Assembly (NCBI GenBank): GCA_011455275.1
Contig: CP015028.1
Coordinates: 592,911 to 656,910 of the forward strand
Reading direction: 5' to 3'
Source of the DNA: Pasteurellaceae bacterium Orientalotternb1
GTDB taxonomy: Bacteria > Pseudomonadota > Gammaproteobacteria > Enterobacterales > Pasteurellaceae
DNA length: 64,000 bases
Positions within the stretch are counted from its first letter, which is position 1, and every line of letters starts with the position of its first letter. Made by a program: the position numbers and the translations under genes. This document shows positions 46,015 through 56,118 of the stretch, in pieces. The notes beneath the pieces are model-generated. The model searched no databases, was not told the origin of the DNA, and saw only the letters and a list, made by a program, of their open reading frames with translations.

Positions 46015-46899
46015 TTATTTACTCTCCTTTTCCCAACGATTGATAATAGCGAAGTAGATAAAACAGATAGTCAGTAGGAAGATAAATAAAAGTACAGTTA
46101 CGGCAGATGAACGTCCTAATAGTTTACTTCCCCAGCCCATATCGTAAGCGTAGATTGGTAATGTCATAGTGGCATTTGCAGGACCGCCACCTGTAATTAA
46201 GTAGATAATATCGAAATTGTTGAAGACCCAAATGGTTCTTAGGACGACCAATAAACCAACAACTAATTTGATATGTGGCAAGGTGATATAGCGGAAAATT
46301 TGCCACGCACTTGCTCCGTCAATTTTTGCCGCTTCATATTGGTCGGCTGGAACGGTTTGTAGAGCAGAAAGCACATTGACCATAATCATAGGTGCCCCAA
46401 ACCAAATGTTAATAAAGACTAAGCAGATAAATGCCCAAGTGCGATCAGATAAGAAATTCGGTGCAATATCCATTAGACCTAATTCCACTAACATATTAGG
46501 TAAATAGCCATATACACCATTAAGAATCCATTGCCAAGAAAATGCGATAACGATAGTTGGGAATGCCCAAGGAATAATGAGTAAAATTTTATAGAGCCAT
46601 TTGAAACGTTTAACTCGATTTAACGCTAGAGCAAGAAAGAAGCCCATTAGTACTTGACCTACCAGCGAAAGCACAGTCCACTTCAATGAGTTAAAGAAGG
46701 ACATCCAGAAATTTGGATCAGCTAGTACAGCCTGATAATTAGCAAATCCAACAAAACTATAATTTGGCATTATCAGGTTTTTGTTGGTAAAGCTATAAAA
46801 AATACTGGATAAAAATGGATAGATAAAAAGCACAGAGACGACTAGCAATGCAGGTAATACAAATATCCATCTTGTATAGTTATGTTGTCGATAATACAT
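46015..46899 (-). CDS. CUT1-family sugar ABC transporter permease (MalF-type)
   Basis: 294 aa, EAA loop (YEAAKIDGASAWQIFRYITLPHI). Confidence 0.85.
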   Translation of the reverse strand: MYYRQHNYTRWIFVLPALLVVSVLFIYPFLSSIFYSFTNKNLIMPNYSFVGFANYQAVLADPNFWMSFFNSLKWTVLSLVGQVLMGFFLALALNRVKRFKWLYKILLIIPWAFPTIVIAFSWQWILNGVYGYLPNMLVELGLMDIAPNFLSDRTWAFICLVFINIWFGAPMIMVNVLSALQTVPADQYEAAKIDGASAWQIFRYITLPHIKLVVGLLVVLRTIWVFNNFDIIYLITGGGPANATMTLPIYAYDMGWGSKLLGRSSAVTVLLFIFLLTICFIYFAIINRWEKESK

Positions 46900-47017
46900 A
46901 AGGAAAACCCCTTACTTCATTATTTGTGGCTAATTTACTGAATTTTTGGCAAAAATCCCCTAATGCTTATTTCCATAAACATATTGAATAATAAGATTAG
47001 GGGAGACCCAGAGAAGT

Positions 47018-48370
47018 CTATTTTGCGGAGATGATATCGAGTAGGTTATTTAGTTCTTTTTCCGCTTTTTGTGCTGCTACCATTGGATCAGTTCCATTAA
47101 TCACAATATCTTGAAACATTTTTTCAATGATGTGCTGGTTAGTAATTACCCCTGCCTGAACATTTGGGCCGTGTTCATAGCCGATTGCGGTGCCTCGCTG
47201 AACCGCATCAGCAATGATGGTTTCTGCGTGTTTGAATTGTGTTACTAATGGATCATCTCTATAGGCACTCTCTTCAGAGATACCTTTGATTGCAGGTAAC
47301 ATTCCAACAGGAACAGCTTTTAAGAAAGTGATATAGCGATCTTTATCGTATAAGGTTTTCATAAATGCTTTTGCAACATCTGGGTGTTTTGAATTTTTCC
47401 ATACCACCATGGGTATATTCGAAGTTTCTAAAGCAGGGGTTGGATCATTTTCATTGATTTTGGGTACAGGATAAGCATCAATCATATCGAGGAGTTGAGG
47501 GGAGTTCGCTTTTACGCCACCAATTTGGAATCCTGAGTTAAAATCGAAGGCGGTTTTTCCTTGATAATAAAGTGTTGCTTGCTGCAGAACATTGTAGTTT
47601 ACGGAGTCTTTTGGTGACGTTTCTTTATACATCTTCACCCAATATTTGATTCCATCTTGCACTAGTGGACTAGTTAGATCAACCTTGAGATCTTTTGTTA
47701 GTAAACTGCCGCCACCACTACGAACATAAAGGTTTAAAAAGCGGGTAGCCATTAAATCATTACTGCCCATCGGCACCGACAATCCATATACGCCCTCTTT
47801 CGTGAGCATTTTTGCTGTCGTGTATAGTTCATCCCACGTTTTCGGTACAGGTAAGTTATGTTTCTGCAACAAATCTTTACGTACCCACATCACTTGAGCG
47901 TGTGAATACAATGGAATGGAATAATTCTTCCCTCCGACAGAACCTTCATTGATAGAAGCTTCAGCAAATTTGTCTCGTCCAATGCTATCGATCAGATCAT
48001 CTAGTGGCTGCAATGCACCAAAATTGATCATTTCCACAACGTGATTAGGAAGTGCGGTACTTAAGTCAGGCACATTGCCCGAAGAAAGCCCTGTAGTCCA
48101 TTTGGTATAGAAGTCATTCCAAGAAAAGGTTTCAATTTTAATTTTGACTTTTGGGTGCTTTTGCTCAAACTCTTGGGCCGCTTTTTGAATAACCTCTAAA
48201 CGCGGACCTTGTGTAAATGAATGCCAAAATGTGATGTTACCTACTAGCTCTTGCCCATCTTTTGGCATCGTGGTATTGACATTTTTATTGCTTTCTTCAT
48301 TACAGCCTGTCAACACGGAAGCACCTGTAATGATCGGCAATAACAAAGAAAAGAATTTTTTGAGTTTCAT
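47018..48370 (-). CDS. Extracellular solute-binding protein family 1 lipoprotein (sugar ABC substrate-binding)
   Basis: 450 aa with the lipoprotein signal MKLKKFFSLLLPIITGASVLTGC. Confidence 0.85.
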   Translation of the reverse strand: MKLKKFFSLLLPIITGASVLTGCNEESNKNVNTTMPKDGQELVGNITFWHSFTQGPRLEVIQKAAQEFEQKHPKVKIKIETFSWNDFYTKWTTGLSSGNVPDLSTALPNHVVEMINFGALQPLDDLIDSIGRDKFAEASINEGSVGGKNYSIPLYSHAQVMWVRKDLLQKHNLPVPKTWDELYTTAKMLTKEGVYGLSVPMGSNDLMATRFLNLYVRSGGGSLLTKDLKVDLTSPLVQDGIKYWVKMYKETSPKDSVNYNVLQQATLYYQGKTAFDFNSGFQIGGVKANSPQLLDMIDAYPVPKINENDPTPALETSNIPMVVWKNSKHPDVAKAFMKTLYDKDRYITFLKAVPVGMLPAIKGISEESAYRDDPLVTQFKHAETIIADAVQRGTAIGYEHGPNVQAGVITNQHIIEKMFQDIVINGTDPMVAAQKAEKELNNLLDIISAK

Positions 48371-48391
48371 AGCTTTCTCCTTGTATTTGTA

Positions 48392-49495
48392 TTAGAGAGT
48401 TAAAAGTGATTTTTCGGTTTTGGGATCAAAAAAATGGGCGTATTTCATATCGAATACGAGATCTAATGTTTGCCCCATTTTGATGTTTTGGCGCGAATGA
48501 ACAATCGCTTTTACTGCTTGACCATCAATATCGGTATGCAAAATATATTCTGCACCCAATAATTCAGCAACATTGATATGGGCTTTGATAATAGAATGTT
48601 GATAGATCCCCAATAACATGGGCTCATTTGAAATATTCTCTGGGCGAATACCTAGAATGATTTCTTTGTCATCGAACCCTTTTTCTTTTATGAGTGCATA
48701 GTGTGCTTCAGGAATTGCCAATGCGGTTTTGGATGTGACAAATTTTCCATTTTCGACTTTTCCGTTGATGAAATTCATCGTTGGTGCACCAATGAACCCT
48801 GCAACAAACAGATTATTTGGACGATTATAAATTTCTTTTGGGGTACCAATCTGTTGTACTACTCCTGCTTTCATCACTACGATGCGATCCGCCATTGTCA
48901 TCGCTTCAGTTTGATCATGGGTAACGTAAATGGTCGTCGCATTCAAATTTTTATGGATACGGATAATTTCTGCTCGCATATTGCCGCGCAATTTGGCATC
49001 AAGGTTAGAAAGTGGTTCGTCCATTAAGAAAACTTTTGGAGAGCGTACAATGGTGCGACCTAGGGCTACTCGTTGACGTTGTCCGCCTGATAAGGCTTTG
49101 GGTTTACGTTCCAATAATGTTTCTAATCCTAAAATGTTGGCAGCCTCACGCACTTTTTGATCAATTTTTTCTTGAGGAAATTTACGCAGTTTGAGTGCAA
49201 ATGCCATATTGTCGTACACTGTCATATGCGGATAAAGTGCATAAGATTGGAATACCATTGCGATATCCCGATCTTTGGCTTCAACATCATTAACTAGACG
49301 ATCATCAATATAAAATTCACCACTAGAAATATCTTCCAGTCCAGCGATCATTCGTAATAATGTTGATTTACCGCAGCCAGACGGACCAACTAGTGCAATA
49401 AATTCTTGATCTTCAACGTTGAGATTAAAATTTTTTACTGCTTCGAAGCCGTTGTCATAGCGTTTATTAATTTGATTCAGTGATAACGTTGCCAT
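48392..49495 (-). CDS. Sugar ABC transporter ATP-binding protein (MalK/UgpC-like with C-terminal TOBE domain)
   Basis: Walker [10 protein letters not shown] and signature LSGGQRQR. First gene of the operon. Confidence 0.9.
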   Translation of the reverse strand: MATLSLNQINKRYDNGFEAVKNFNLNVEDQEFIALVGPSGCGKSTLLRMIAGLEDISSGEFYIDDRLVNDVEAKDRDIAMVFQSYALYPHMTVYDNMAFALKLRKFPQEKIDQKVREAANILGLETLLERKPKALSGGQRQRVALGRTIVRSPKVFLMDEPLSNLDAKLRGNMRAEIIRIHKNLNATTIYVTHDQTEAMTMADRIVVMKAGVVQQIGTPKEIYNRPNNLFVAGFIGAPTMNFINGKVENGKFVTSKTALAIPEAHYALIKEKGFDDKEIILGIRPENISNEPMLLGIYQHSIIKAHINVAELLGAEYILHTDIDGQAVKAIVHSRQNIKMGQTLDLVFDMKYAHFFDPKTEKSLLTL

Positions 49496-49608
49496 AGATA
49501 TCCACCTTACAGTAATATATGTGAAGATTGTGCTAACTTTGTTCAGACATATGATGTCCTATATCTAATAAAAAATAAAGAGATCTAGATCACATAATTG
49601 AGAAATCT

Positions 49609-50301
49609 ATGGAAAAGTTGACTAAAAAAGCAGCATCACTTGCATTGCAAGAAAGAATTAAGCGGCTAATCATTGACAGAAAGATGAAGTCGGGAGATTT
49701 AATGCCTACGGAAAATGAGCTTATTGACCTATTTGGGGTTAGCCGTTCAAGCCTTCGTGAAGCAATAAAATCACTGGAAGCCCTAAATATTATAGAAATT
49801 CGCCATGGCATTGGGACTTTTGTGGGGACATCATCACTTACACCAATGATCAGTGGGTTGACCTTCTATGCCCAACTACGATTACAAGAAAATTTAAAAA
49901 GCATTCTTGATATTTTAGATATTCGGGAAATTCTGCAATACGGTTTTGCCTCATTGGCTTTAGAAAAAATTCAACAAGCTGAAGTTGATGAGTTGCAGCA
50001 GTTAGTGAAGGTGATAGAAGAGCAAGCTCAACAAGGGGAATTTTCTATCCAAGAAGAGCATCAAATCCATCTTCTTATTTATCACGCCATACAAAATCAT
50101 TTACTCACTCAATATCTCGACGCATTTTGGCAAATTTATCAACAAGTCAAAGACGATCTTCCTCCTCTGCAAGTGACACCTCAAGAGCAGGCAATCCAGT
50201 ACCGAGAATTGGTAGATGCTGTTGAAGCTCGAGATTTAGAGCGGCTCCAGCGTGCTATTTTGTACTATTTCCAAACCATCAGAAAAAGTTTAGTTCTCTA
50301 A
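49609..50301 (+). CDS. GntR-family transcriptional regulator (FadR/FCD subfamily)
   Basis: N-terminal winged HTH (LMPTENELIDLFGVSRSSLREAIKSLEALNIIEIRHGIGTFV) plus a C-terminal all-helical FCD domain. Confidence 0.8.
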   Translation: MEKLTKKAASLALQERIKRLIIDRKMKSGDLMPTENELIDLFGVSRSSLREAIKSLEALNIIEIRHGIGTFVGTSSLTPMISGLTFYAQLRLQENLKSILDILDIREILQYGFASLALEKIQQAEVDELQQLVKVIEEQAQQGEFSIQEEHQIHLLIYHAIQNHLLTQYLDAFWQIYQQVKDDLPPLQVTPQEQAIQYRELVDAVEARDLERLQRAILYYFQTIRKSLVL

Positions 50302-50317
50302 AATAAGGAAGATCACT

Positions 50318-51385
50318 ATGCAGAAAATCAACGTGGCTTTAATTGGTTGTGGTTTCTTCGGTCAGCAGCTCGCATTGGGTTTTACCAAAGCTGGGGCAAA
50401 TCTAGTTGGAGTCACAGATGTTTCTTCTCGCTTTTCCGAAGCACTTGCAGATAAGTTCAACACCAAAACCTATCCTGATATTGAACAACTACTCCATGAT
50501 ACGCAGCCAGATTTAGTATTGATCGCAACGCCAAACTATGCACATAAACTGCCCGCACTTTCCGCATTAAAACGGCAATGTCATATTTTCATTGAAACAC
50601 CATTTAGTATTCATCAAGCCGATTGTGAGGAAATTATTGCTGTAGCCGAGCGTTACGGTCAATCCGTCTTTGTTGGGCATTTACTTAGAACTTTACCAGG
50701 TTTAATTAAAGCGAAAGAATTGATTGAGCAAGGGACACTAGGCAAAATTACTGTCGCACGGGCGACTCGCCAGCGTTGGATTGACTCGTTTGAAGACAAA
50801 AATTGGTGGAAGAACGATGTAAATCTTACGGGAGGTAAGCTCTTTAATGAAATTCACGAATTGGATTTGCTCTGCTGGCTACTTGGCGAGATTAGCTCTG
50901 TGTACGCCCAATCGACAAACCGTTCTCACACTGATACGCCAGATAATCACGATATTATCCAGCTGTTATTGCAGTTCAAAAATGGTGTGTTTGCCTCTCT
51001 TGAAATGGGAACGGCTTATCGTTTACATGAATGGGGAATAACTATTCATGGTGAATGTGGGGCACTTGTCATCAATTTCTTCACATCGACAATGACGCTT
51101 ACACTGGCGGATGGCAGCCGAGAGCAGTTTAATCTTTATAATGAGTTTGAAGCGGATCTTTCCTTACGTGAAAGCGGAAAGGCAACGCAAAAATACAACC
51201 TGCCAGATAGTCTACCGCCGTTTTGGCTAAGCCGAGCAGTGGAAATTGAAGCGGAAATGGTGATACAGCATCTTAAACATCGTGAAATGCCCTGCATTCT
51301 CAGTGAAAAAATCAGTGATGCGGTGATTGTTGCAGCCGCAGCAAAAAAATCAATACAAAATAAACAACGTATTGAATTAGGGTGA
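50318..51385 (+). CDS. Gfo/Idh/MocA-family oxidoreductase paralog (ETP variant of EKP motif)
   Basis: Rossmann ALIGCGFFG. The EKP position reads HIFIETPFS (Lys replaced by Thr). Shares the IHELD motif with the 44041 paralog. Confidence 0.8.
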   Translation: MQKINVALIGCGFFGQQLALGFTKAGANLVGVTDVSSRFSEALADKFNTKTYPDIEQLLHDTQPDLVLIATPNYAHKLPALSALKRQCHIFIETPFSIHQADCEEIIAVAERYGQSVFVGHLLRTLPGLIKAKELIEQGTLGKITVARATRQRWIDSFEDKNWWKNDVNLTGGKLFNEIHELDLLCWLLGEISSVYAQSTNRSHTDTPDNHDIIQLLLQFKNGVFASLEMGTAYRLHEWGITIHGECGALVINFFTSTMTLTLADGSREQFNLYNEFEADLSLRESGKATQKYNLPDSLPPFWLSRAVEIEAEMVIQHLKHREMPCILSEKISDAVIVAAAAKKSIQNKQRIELG

Positions 51386-51398
51386 TTTGCAAAAAATC

Positions 51399-52643
51399 CT
51401 ACGGATCCGACAGCTTGTTGTGTTCTCGATGAATCCGCCACAGCATTCGGGCGTCGAGATTGGACGATGAAATCATCGTTAGGAATACGGCTGCACCGAA
51501 ATAGAACGCCGCATCACCCACGGAGAAGCTGATAATTTGCCCGCGTTCGACTAGCGACATCATCAGTGCGAGTACAAACAGATCTAACATCGACCAACGC
51601 CCGACAAAGTGGACGTAATGTAGCAATTTCATTTGCCAATGAATTGGGTGCTTCCAGCGATAATGAATGGCAAGTAGCAAGTACAAAATGATCGCCACTT
51701 TGCTGAATGGCACAGCAATACTGGCGATAAACACGATGGCTGCTACCGCATAGCTTCCCATAGAAAGAAACAGCAACACGCCGCTCATGAGTGAGTCGGC
51801 GGAAGTTGCCCCAGCAAATTCCGTAGTAGAAATCGGTAAAATATTGGCGGGGATCATCATCACCACACCTGCGATAAGCGTTGCCCAAACTCGTTGTAGC
51901 TTGATTTTGTCGGGAATGTCTAAATTGCTTTCGCAACGTGGGCAGCGATGGCGACCTTTGCCATCAATGATGCGTTCATCAAAAGTATATTCACACTCAG
52001 GGCAAAGTGTTGGATTGCTTGGGTGATCGGGAGCTAACGAATGATATTCAGGATAAAATTCGTTCCATAACCGTTTAGGATCGATTTTGATAAATAGCAG
52101 AATCGTCAAAATGGTGGTGAGCACAAAGGGAAGTAAATAAACATCAAACGATAGCGGGGCATAATCACGCACTTTAAATGCAGCAACCGCCAACGCAATT
52201 AAATAGACGTCTAACATCACCCATTGTTTGACTTTATTGAGAAAAATTAACGTATAGCGTGGGCGATGCTGAAGCCACTTCTGCCCCCAAATCGTGAGAA
52301 CCAACAACGCAAAGGAAAATGGCATCACCACAGAGCAAAGCAAAATCATAAAAGCGGTGTAGGGAAAGCCTTGTGTTGCCATTTTCCACACGCCGCCCCA
52401 AACCGAAGCGTGAATTTTTACGCCAAGCAAATCAATGTTCATCAATGGTAAGAACAAGGCAAACGGCAATAAAATCAGAATCGAAATTGCGATAATGGCA
52501 CAGCGACGTAAATTCCAACGATTACCGGGTTGAAGAATTTCGTCGCAGTTTGGGCAACAAGCGGTCTGATTCGGCAAATTTTTTGCAATGTCGACCACTG
52601 TGTCACATTCTAAACAGCGTTGGAGATAGCGTTGTTGTTTCAT
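51399..52643 (-). CDS. PqiA-family integral membrane protein (paraquat-inducible protein A-like), no adjacent pqiB
   Basis: 414 aa. Two tandem repeats, each with CxxC...CxxC zinc-ribbon-like motifs (CLECD...CPNCD; CPECE...CPRCE) followed by TM helices. Confidence 0.8.
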   Translation of the reverse strand: MKQQRYLQRCLECDTVVDIAKNLPNQTACCPNCDEILQPGNRWNLRRCAIIAISILILLPFALFLPLMNIDLLGVKIHASVWGGVWKMATQGFPYTAFMILLCSVVMPFSFALLVLTIWGQKWLQHRPRYTLIFLNKVKQWVMLDVYLIALAVAAFKVRDYAPLSFDVYLLPFVLTTILTILLFIKIDPKRLWNEFYPEYHSLAPDHPSNPTLCPECEYTFDERIIDGKGRHRCPRCESNLDIPDKIKLQRVWATLIAGVVMMIPANILPISTTEFAGATSADSLMSGVLLFLSMGSYAVAAIVFIASIAVPFSKVAIILYLLLAIHYRWKHPIHWQMKLLHYVHFVGRWSMLDLFVLALMMSLVERGQIISFSVGDAAFYFGAAVFLTMISSSNLDARMLWRIHREHNKLSDP

Positions 52644-53230
52644 TTAATGCTTAATACTTTTGCGACTGGGGCGAAACTTTTTCGGTGTTGCGGCGTGGCA
52701 CCGAGTTCCGCCAGTTTTTCAAGATGCAGTTTGGTTGGATAGCCTTTGTGTTTGGCGAATTGATAGTCTGGGTAGCGTTTGTCGAGTTCGCCCATTTCCT
52801 GATCCCGTGCAACTTTTGCCAAAATCGATGCCGCACTGATTTCAGCGACTAAACTATCGCCTTTTACCACCGCTTGAGCCGTCATTGGTAACTTAGGAAT
52901 GCGATTGCCATCGACCAACACAAAATCAGGCTGAATACGTAGCCCTGCCACTGCTCGCTGCATGGCTAACATTGTGGCGTGCAGAATGTTGAGTTCATCA
53001 ATTTCGTGCGGTTCGGCACGCCCAAGCGACCAGCACAATGCTTTGGCTTTGATCTCTTCAGCAAGGGCAAGGCGACGTTTTTCCGACAATTTTTTGGAAT
53101 CCGCTAAGCCTTCAATTTTTTGATTCGGATCGAGAATCACCGCTGCCGTTACCACTGCACCGACCAATGGTCCTCGCCCCACTTCGTCCACGCCAGCAAT
53201 CAATTTCGCATCAGGGTAAATAAAGTCCAT
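52640..53230 (-). CDS. rnhB: Ribonuclease HII
   Basis: 196 aa with [17 protein letters not shown] and DSK catalytic motifs. Confidence 0.9.
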   Translation of the reverse strand: MDFIYPDAKLIAGVDEVGRGPLVGAVVTAAVILDPNQKIEGLADSKKLSEKRRLALAEEIKAKALCWSLGRAEPHEIDELNILHATMLAMQRAVAGLRIQPDFVLVDGNRIPKLPMTAQAVVKGDSLVAEISAASILAKVARDQEMGELDKRYPDYQFAKHKGYPTKLHLEKLAELGATPQHRKSFAPVAKVLSIK

Positions 53231-54096
53231 TAGTGTTCGTCCAAAGAATAAGGCAGCTTAAAAAGTTGCAATGGAATTTGTCCCACTCTGAAAGTGGCAT
53301 CAGGTTCTATCTCTTTATTTAATACCACTTGCAGCCAAAGGTGATTGTCTTGCACCACTCGGCTTAAAATAAGCCCTGTAGATTTCCAGTGTTCGCCAAT
53401 TTGCCTCTCAATTGCTCCAGCAATTTCAGGCAGCTCACAGCCGTTTAATTCACCAACAAAGGTAAACATTGCCCGTTTATTTGCCCCCCGATATTTTGCT
53501 CTTGCGACCGTTTCCTGCCCGATGTAACAGCCTTTGGTAAAGGAGATCGCTTGATCCAAACACTGTAAATTGACGGCTTGTGGAATCAATTCGAATTGGT
53601 TCGATTTATGCAAAATAGGCACACCATTTTGAATATCCAATAAATCCCACATTTCACTTGCGTGATTGGTGTCAAGTTCCATATTTCCCCAAAAGAGATG
53701 GCGAGTTGGCGTGCCAGTTAGGGTACAAGCGGTCACTTTCTCGCAAAATTTTGCAAGGATCTTACCGCTTGTCGTACCGAAAATAGTGGTGTCTAATTCG
53801 GTGAACGTGACTTTAGAAAATACGGCGTATTTTTTAAGCTGAACCAAGGCATCGGGTAGCAGCTCGCGTCGAACAATCACAAAAAACTGCGTTGCCGTTT
53901 TGCGGTATAACCGAAAGAGTGAACTCATTTTACCTTTCGGATCACAATGGCAAGTCAACGTTTGCTCGCCATCGGCGAGTTTAGAGACATCGCAAGTCAA
54001 TTGCCCTTGGAGATATTTTTCGGCATCAATGCCGTTGATTTCAATTAAGCGATATTGATCTAACTGAATCAATAAATTTGGCTGGATTTTACACAT
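53230..54096 (-). CDS. ygfZ: Folate-binding tRNA-modification protein YgfZ-like
   Basis: 288 aa. [17 protein letters not shown] matches the YgfZ N-terminus. Contains the KGCY(I)GQE motif. Confidence 0.8.
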   Translation of the reverse strand: MCKIQPNLLIQLDQYRLIEINGIDAEKYLQGQLTCDVSKLADGEQTLTCHCDPKGKMSSLFRLYRKTATQFFVIVRRELLPDALVQLKKYAVFSKVTFTELDTTIFGTTSGKILAKFCEKVTACTLTGTPTRHLFWGNMELDTNHASEMWDLLDIQNGVPILHKSNQFELIPQAVNLQCLDQAISFTKGCYIGQETVARAKYRGANKRAMFTFVGELNGCELPEIAGAIERQIGEHWKSTGLILSRVVQDNHLWLQVVLNKEIEPDATFRVGQIPLQLFKLPYSLDEH

Positions 54097-54176
54097 AGTG
54101 AGTTTCGAAATAGGGTGAAAATTTGATCGAAATCATACACCCATTTTGCAAAATTTTATAGTAAACCGACCGCTTG

Positions 54177-54635
54177 TTAGCCCAATCTTTCTTGCAAATA
54201 GCGATCATAATCAGGGATGTCGACTTCAACGTCCCGTTCAAATAGTGGTGAATAAAGCAAGAAATCCGCACTGGCTTGGTTGATCGCAACGGGAATGTTC
54301 CAAACGGTGGCGATTCGCATCAACGCTTTCACATCGGGATCGTGCGGTGCTGCATTCATTGGATCCCAAAAGAAGATCAACATATCAATTTTTTTCTCCG
54401 CAATAAGAGCACCTAGTTGTTGATCGCCGCCCATTGGTCCGCTTAACAGGGCGGTAATTTCCAAGCCTGTTTTTTGGGCTAATAAATTTCCTGTTGTGCC
54501 TGTGGCATAGAGTTTATGGGAAGAGAGTGCGGGGCAGTGTTTTTGTGTCCATTCGACTAAACTCTGTTTACAGCTATCGTGAGCGACCAGAGCAATCTGT
54601 TTACAGGTTGGGATTGTGCGAGTAGTGCTATACAT
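54177..54635 (-). CDS. mgsA: Methylglyoxal synthase
   Basis: 152 aa with [11 protein letters not shown] and GTTG motifs. Confidence 0.9.
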   Translation of the reverse strand: MYSTTRTIPTCKQIALVAHDSCKQSLVEWTQKHCPALSSHKLYATGTTGNLLAQKTGLEITALLSGPMGGDQQLGALIAEKKIDMLIFFWDPMNAAPHDPDVKALMRIATVWNIPVAINQASADFLLYSPLFERDVEVDIPDYDRYLQERLG

Positions 54636-54685
54636 TTTTTCTCCTTTGCAAAAGTGTTTTATGGCGTGATCTTACCGCTTTTCTA

Positions 54686-54713
54686 TTGACTAACAAAGGG
54701 GAATGGCTACAAT
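54686..54713 (+). promoter_or_regulatory. Candidate sigma70 promoter for thrC (-35 TTGACT, 16 bp, -10 TACAAT)
   Basis: Near-consensus hexamers about 40 bp upstream of the thrC ATG. Confidence 0.45.
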
Positions 54714-54752
54714 CAAAAAATTTTTACGATTCTAAATAATAAAGGACAATAA

Positions 54753-56030
54753 ATGAACTTATACAACATCAAACATCCTGAAGAACAAGTCAATTTTGCC
54801 CAAGCAGTGCGTCAAGGGTTGGGAAAAAATCAAGGGCTGTTTTTCCCTGAACTTATTCCGACCTTAAGCAACATTGATGAGCTGCTTGAGCTGCCATTCG
54901 TTGAGCGTAGCCAGAAAATTTTAGCAGCGTTAATTGGCGAAGAACTGCCTGCTGAAACCCTAAATCAAATGGTGGCGAATGCCTTTACCTTCCCTGCTCC
55001 GCTTGCCCAAGTGAATGATGATATTTATGCCTTAGAACTTTTCCACGGTCCAACCCTTGCGTTTAAAGATTTCGGCGGACGCTTTATGGCTCAAGCCTTG
55101 AGTGCGGTGCGTGGTGACGGCAAAATCACCATTTTAACGGCGACTTCGGGCGATACAGGTGCGGCGGTGGCTCACGCATTCTATGGTTTAGAAAATATCA
55201 ATGTGGTAATTTTGTATCCAAAAGGTAAAATCAGCCCACTACAAGAAAAATTATTCTGTACCCTTGGCGGTAACATTCGCACGGTGGCGATTGAATCTGA
55301 CTTCGATGCTTGCCAAGCCCTTGTGAAGCAAGCCTTTGATGATGTTGAGTTGCGTGAAGCGATCGGCTTAAATTCCGCAAACTCAATTAATATCAGCCGC
55401 TTACTTGCTCAAGTTTGCTACTATTTTGAAGCCGTAGCTCAACTACCAAAAGCGAAACGCAGCGAGGTGGTAGTATCGGTACCAAGTGGCAACTTTGGTA
55501 ACTTAACTGCGGGTTTGATCGCCAAAACTCTCGGCTTACCAATCAAACGTTTTATCGCCTCAACCAATGCCAACGACACTGTGCCACGCTATTTGCGTTC
55601 AGGAAAATGGGAGCCAAATGCGACTGTGGCGACGTTATCCAACGCAATGGACGTTAGCCGCCCAAACAACTGGCCACGAGTGGAAGAGCTGTTCAAACGT
55701 AACAGTTGGAGTTTGGCGGATTTAGGTTCCGATGCCTTGAATGATGCCGAAACCGAACAAGCACTCAAAGCCCAATATGCCGAAGGTTATTTATGTGAAC
55801 CGCACGGGGCGATTGCTTACCAAGTGTTGAAAGATCAGCTCCAAGCGGGCGAAACAGGTATCTTCCTTTGCACCGCACACCCTGCGAAATTTAAAGAGAG
55901 CGTTGAGCGAATTTTGGATCTCGAATTACCATTGCCAGAAGCCTTAGACAAACACAACAAATTGCCACTGCTTTCTGATGTGATGGAAAATGATTTTGCT
56001 AAGTTAAGAGCCTATTTGCTTGCGAAGTAA
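54753..56030 (+). CDS. thrC: Threonine synthase
   Basis: 425 aa. The PLP-lysine region FKDFGGRFMAQ is present. Confidence 0.9.
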   Translation: MNLYNIKHPEEQVNFAQAVRQGLGKNQGLFFPELIPTLSNIDELLELPFVERSQKILAALIGEELPAETLNQMVANAFTFPAPLAQVNDDIYALELFHGPTLAFKDFGGRFMAQALSAVRGDGKITILTATSGDTGAAVAHAFYGLENINVVILYPKGKISPLQEKLFCTLGGNIRTVAIESDFDACQALVKQAFDDVELREAIGLNSANSINISRLLAQVCYYFEAVAQLPKAKRSEVVVSVPSGNFGNLTAGLIAKTLGLPIKRFIASTNANDTVPRYLRSGKWEPNATVATLSNAMDVSRPNNWPRVEELFKRNSWSLADLGSDALNDAETEQALKAQYAEGYLCEPHGAIAYQVLKDQLQAGETGIFLCTAHPAKFKESVERILDLELPLPEALDKHNKLPLLSDVMENDFAKLRAYLLAK

Positions 56031-56073
56031 GATTGCAAGGTGATGAGAAATTGACTATACTTGAGCTAATAAA

Positions 56074-56105
56074 AGAGTAGTAATTTTACTGCTCTTTTTC
56101 TTTTT
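56074..56105 (+). terminator. Rho-independent terminator after thrC
   Basis: aaagagtagtaa-ttt-tactgctcttt followed by tttcttttt. Confidence 0.5.
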
Positions 56106-56118
56106 ATTGAGAAAATAG

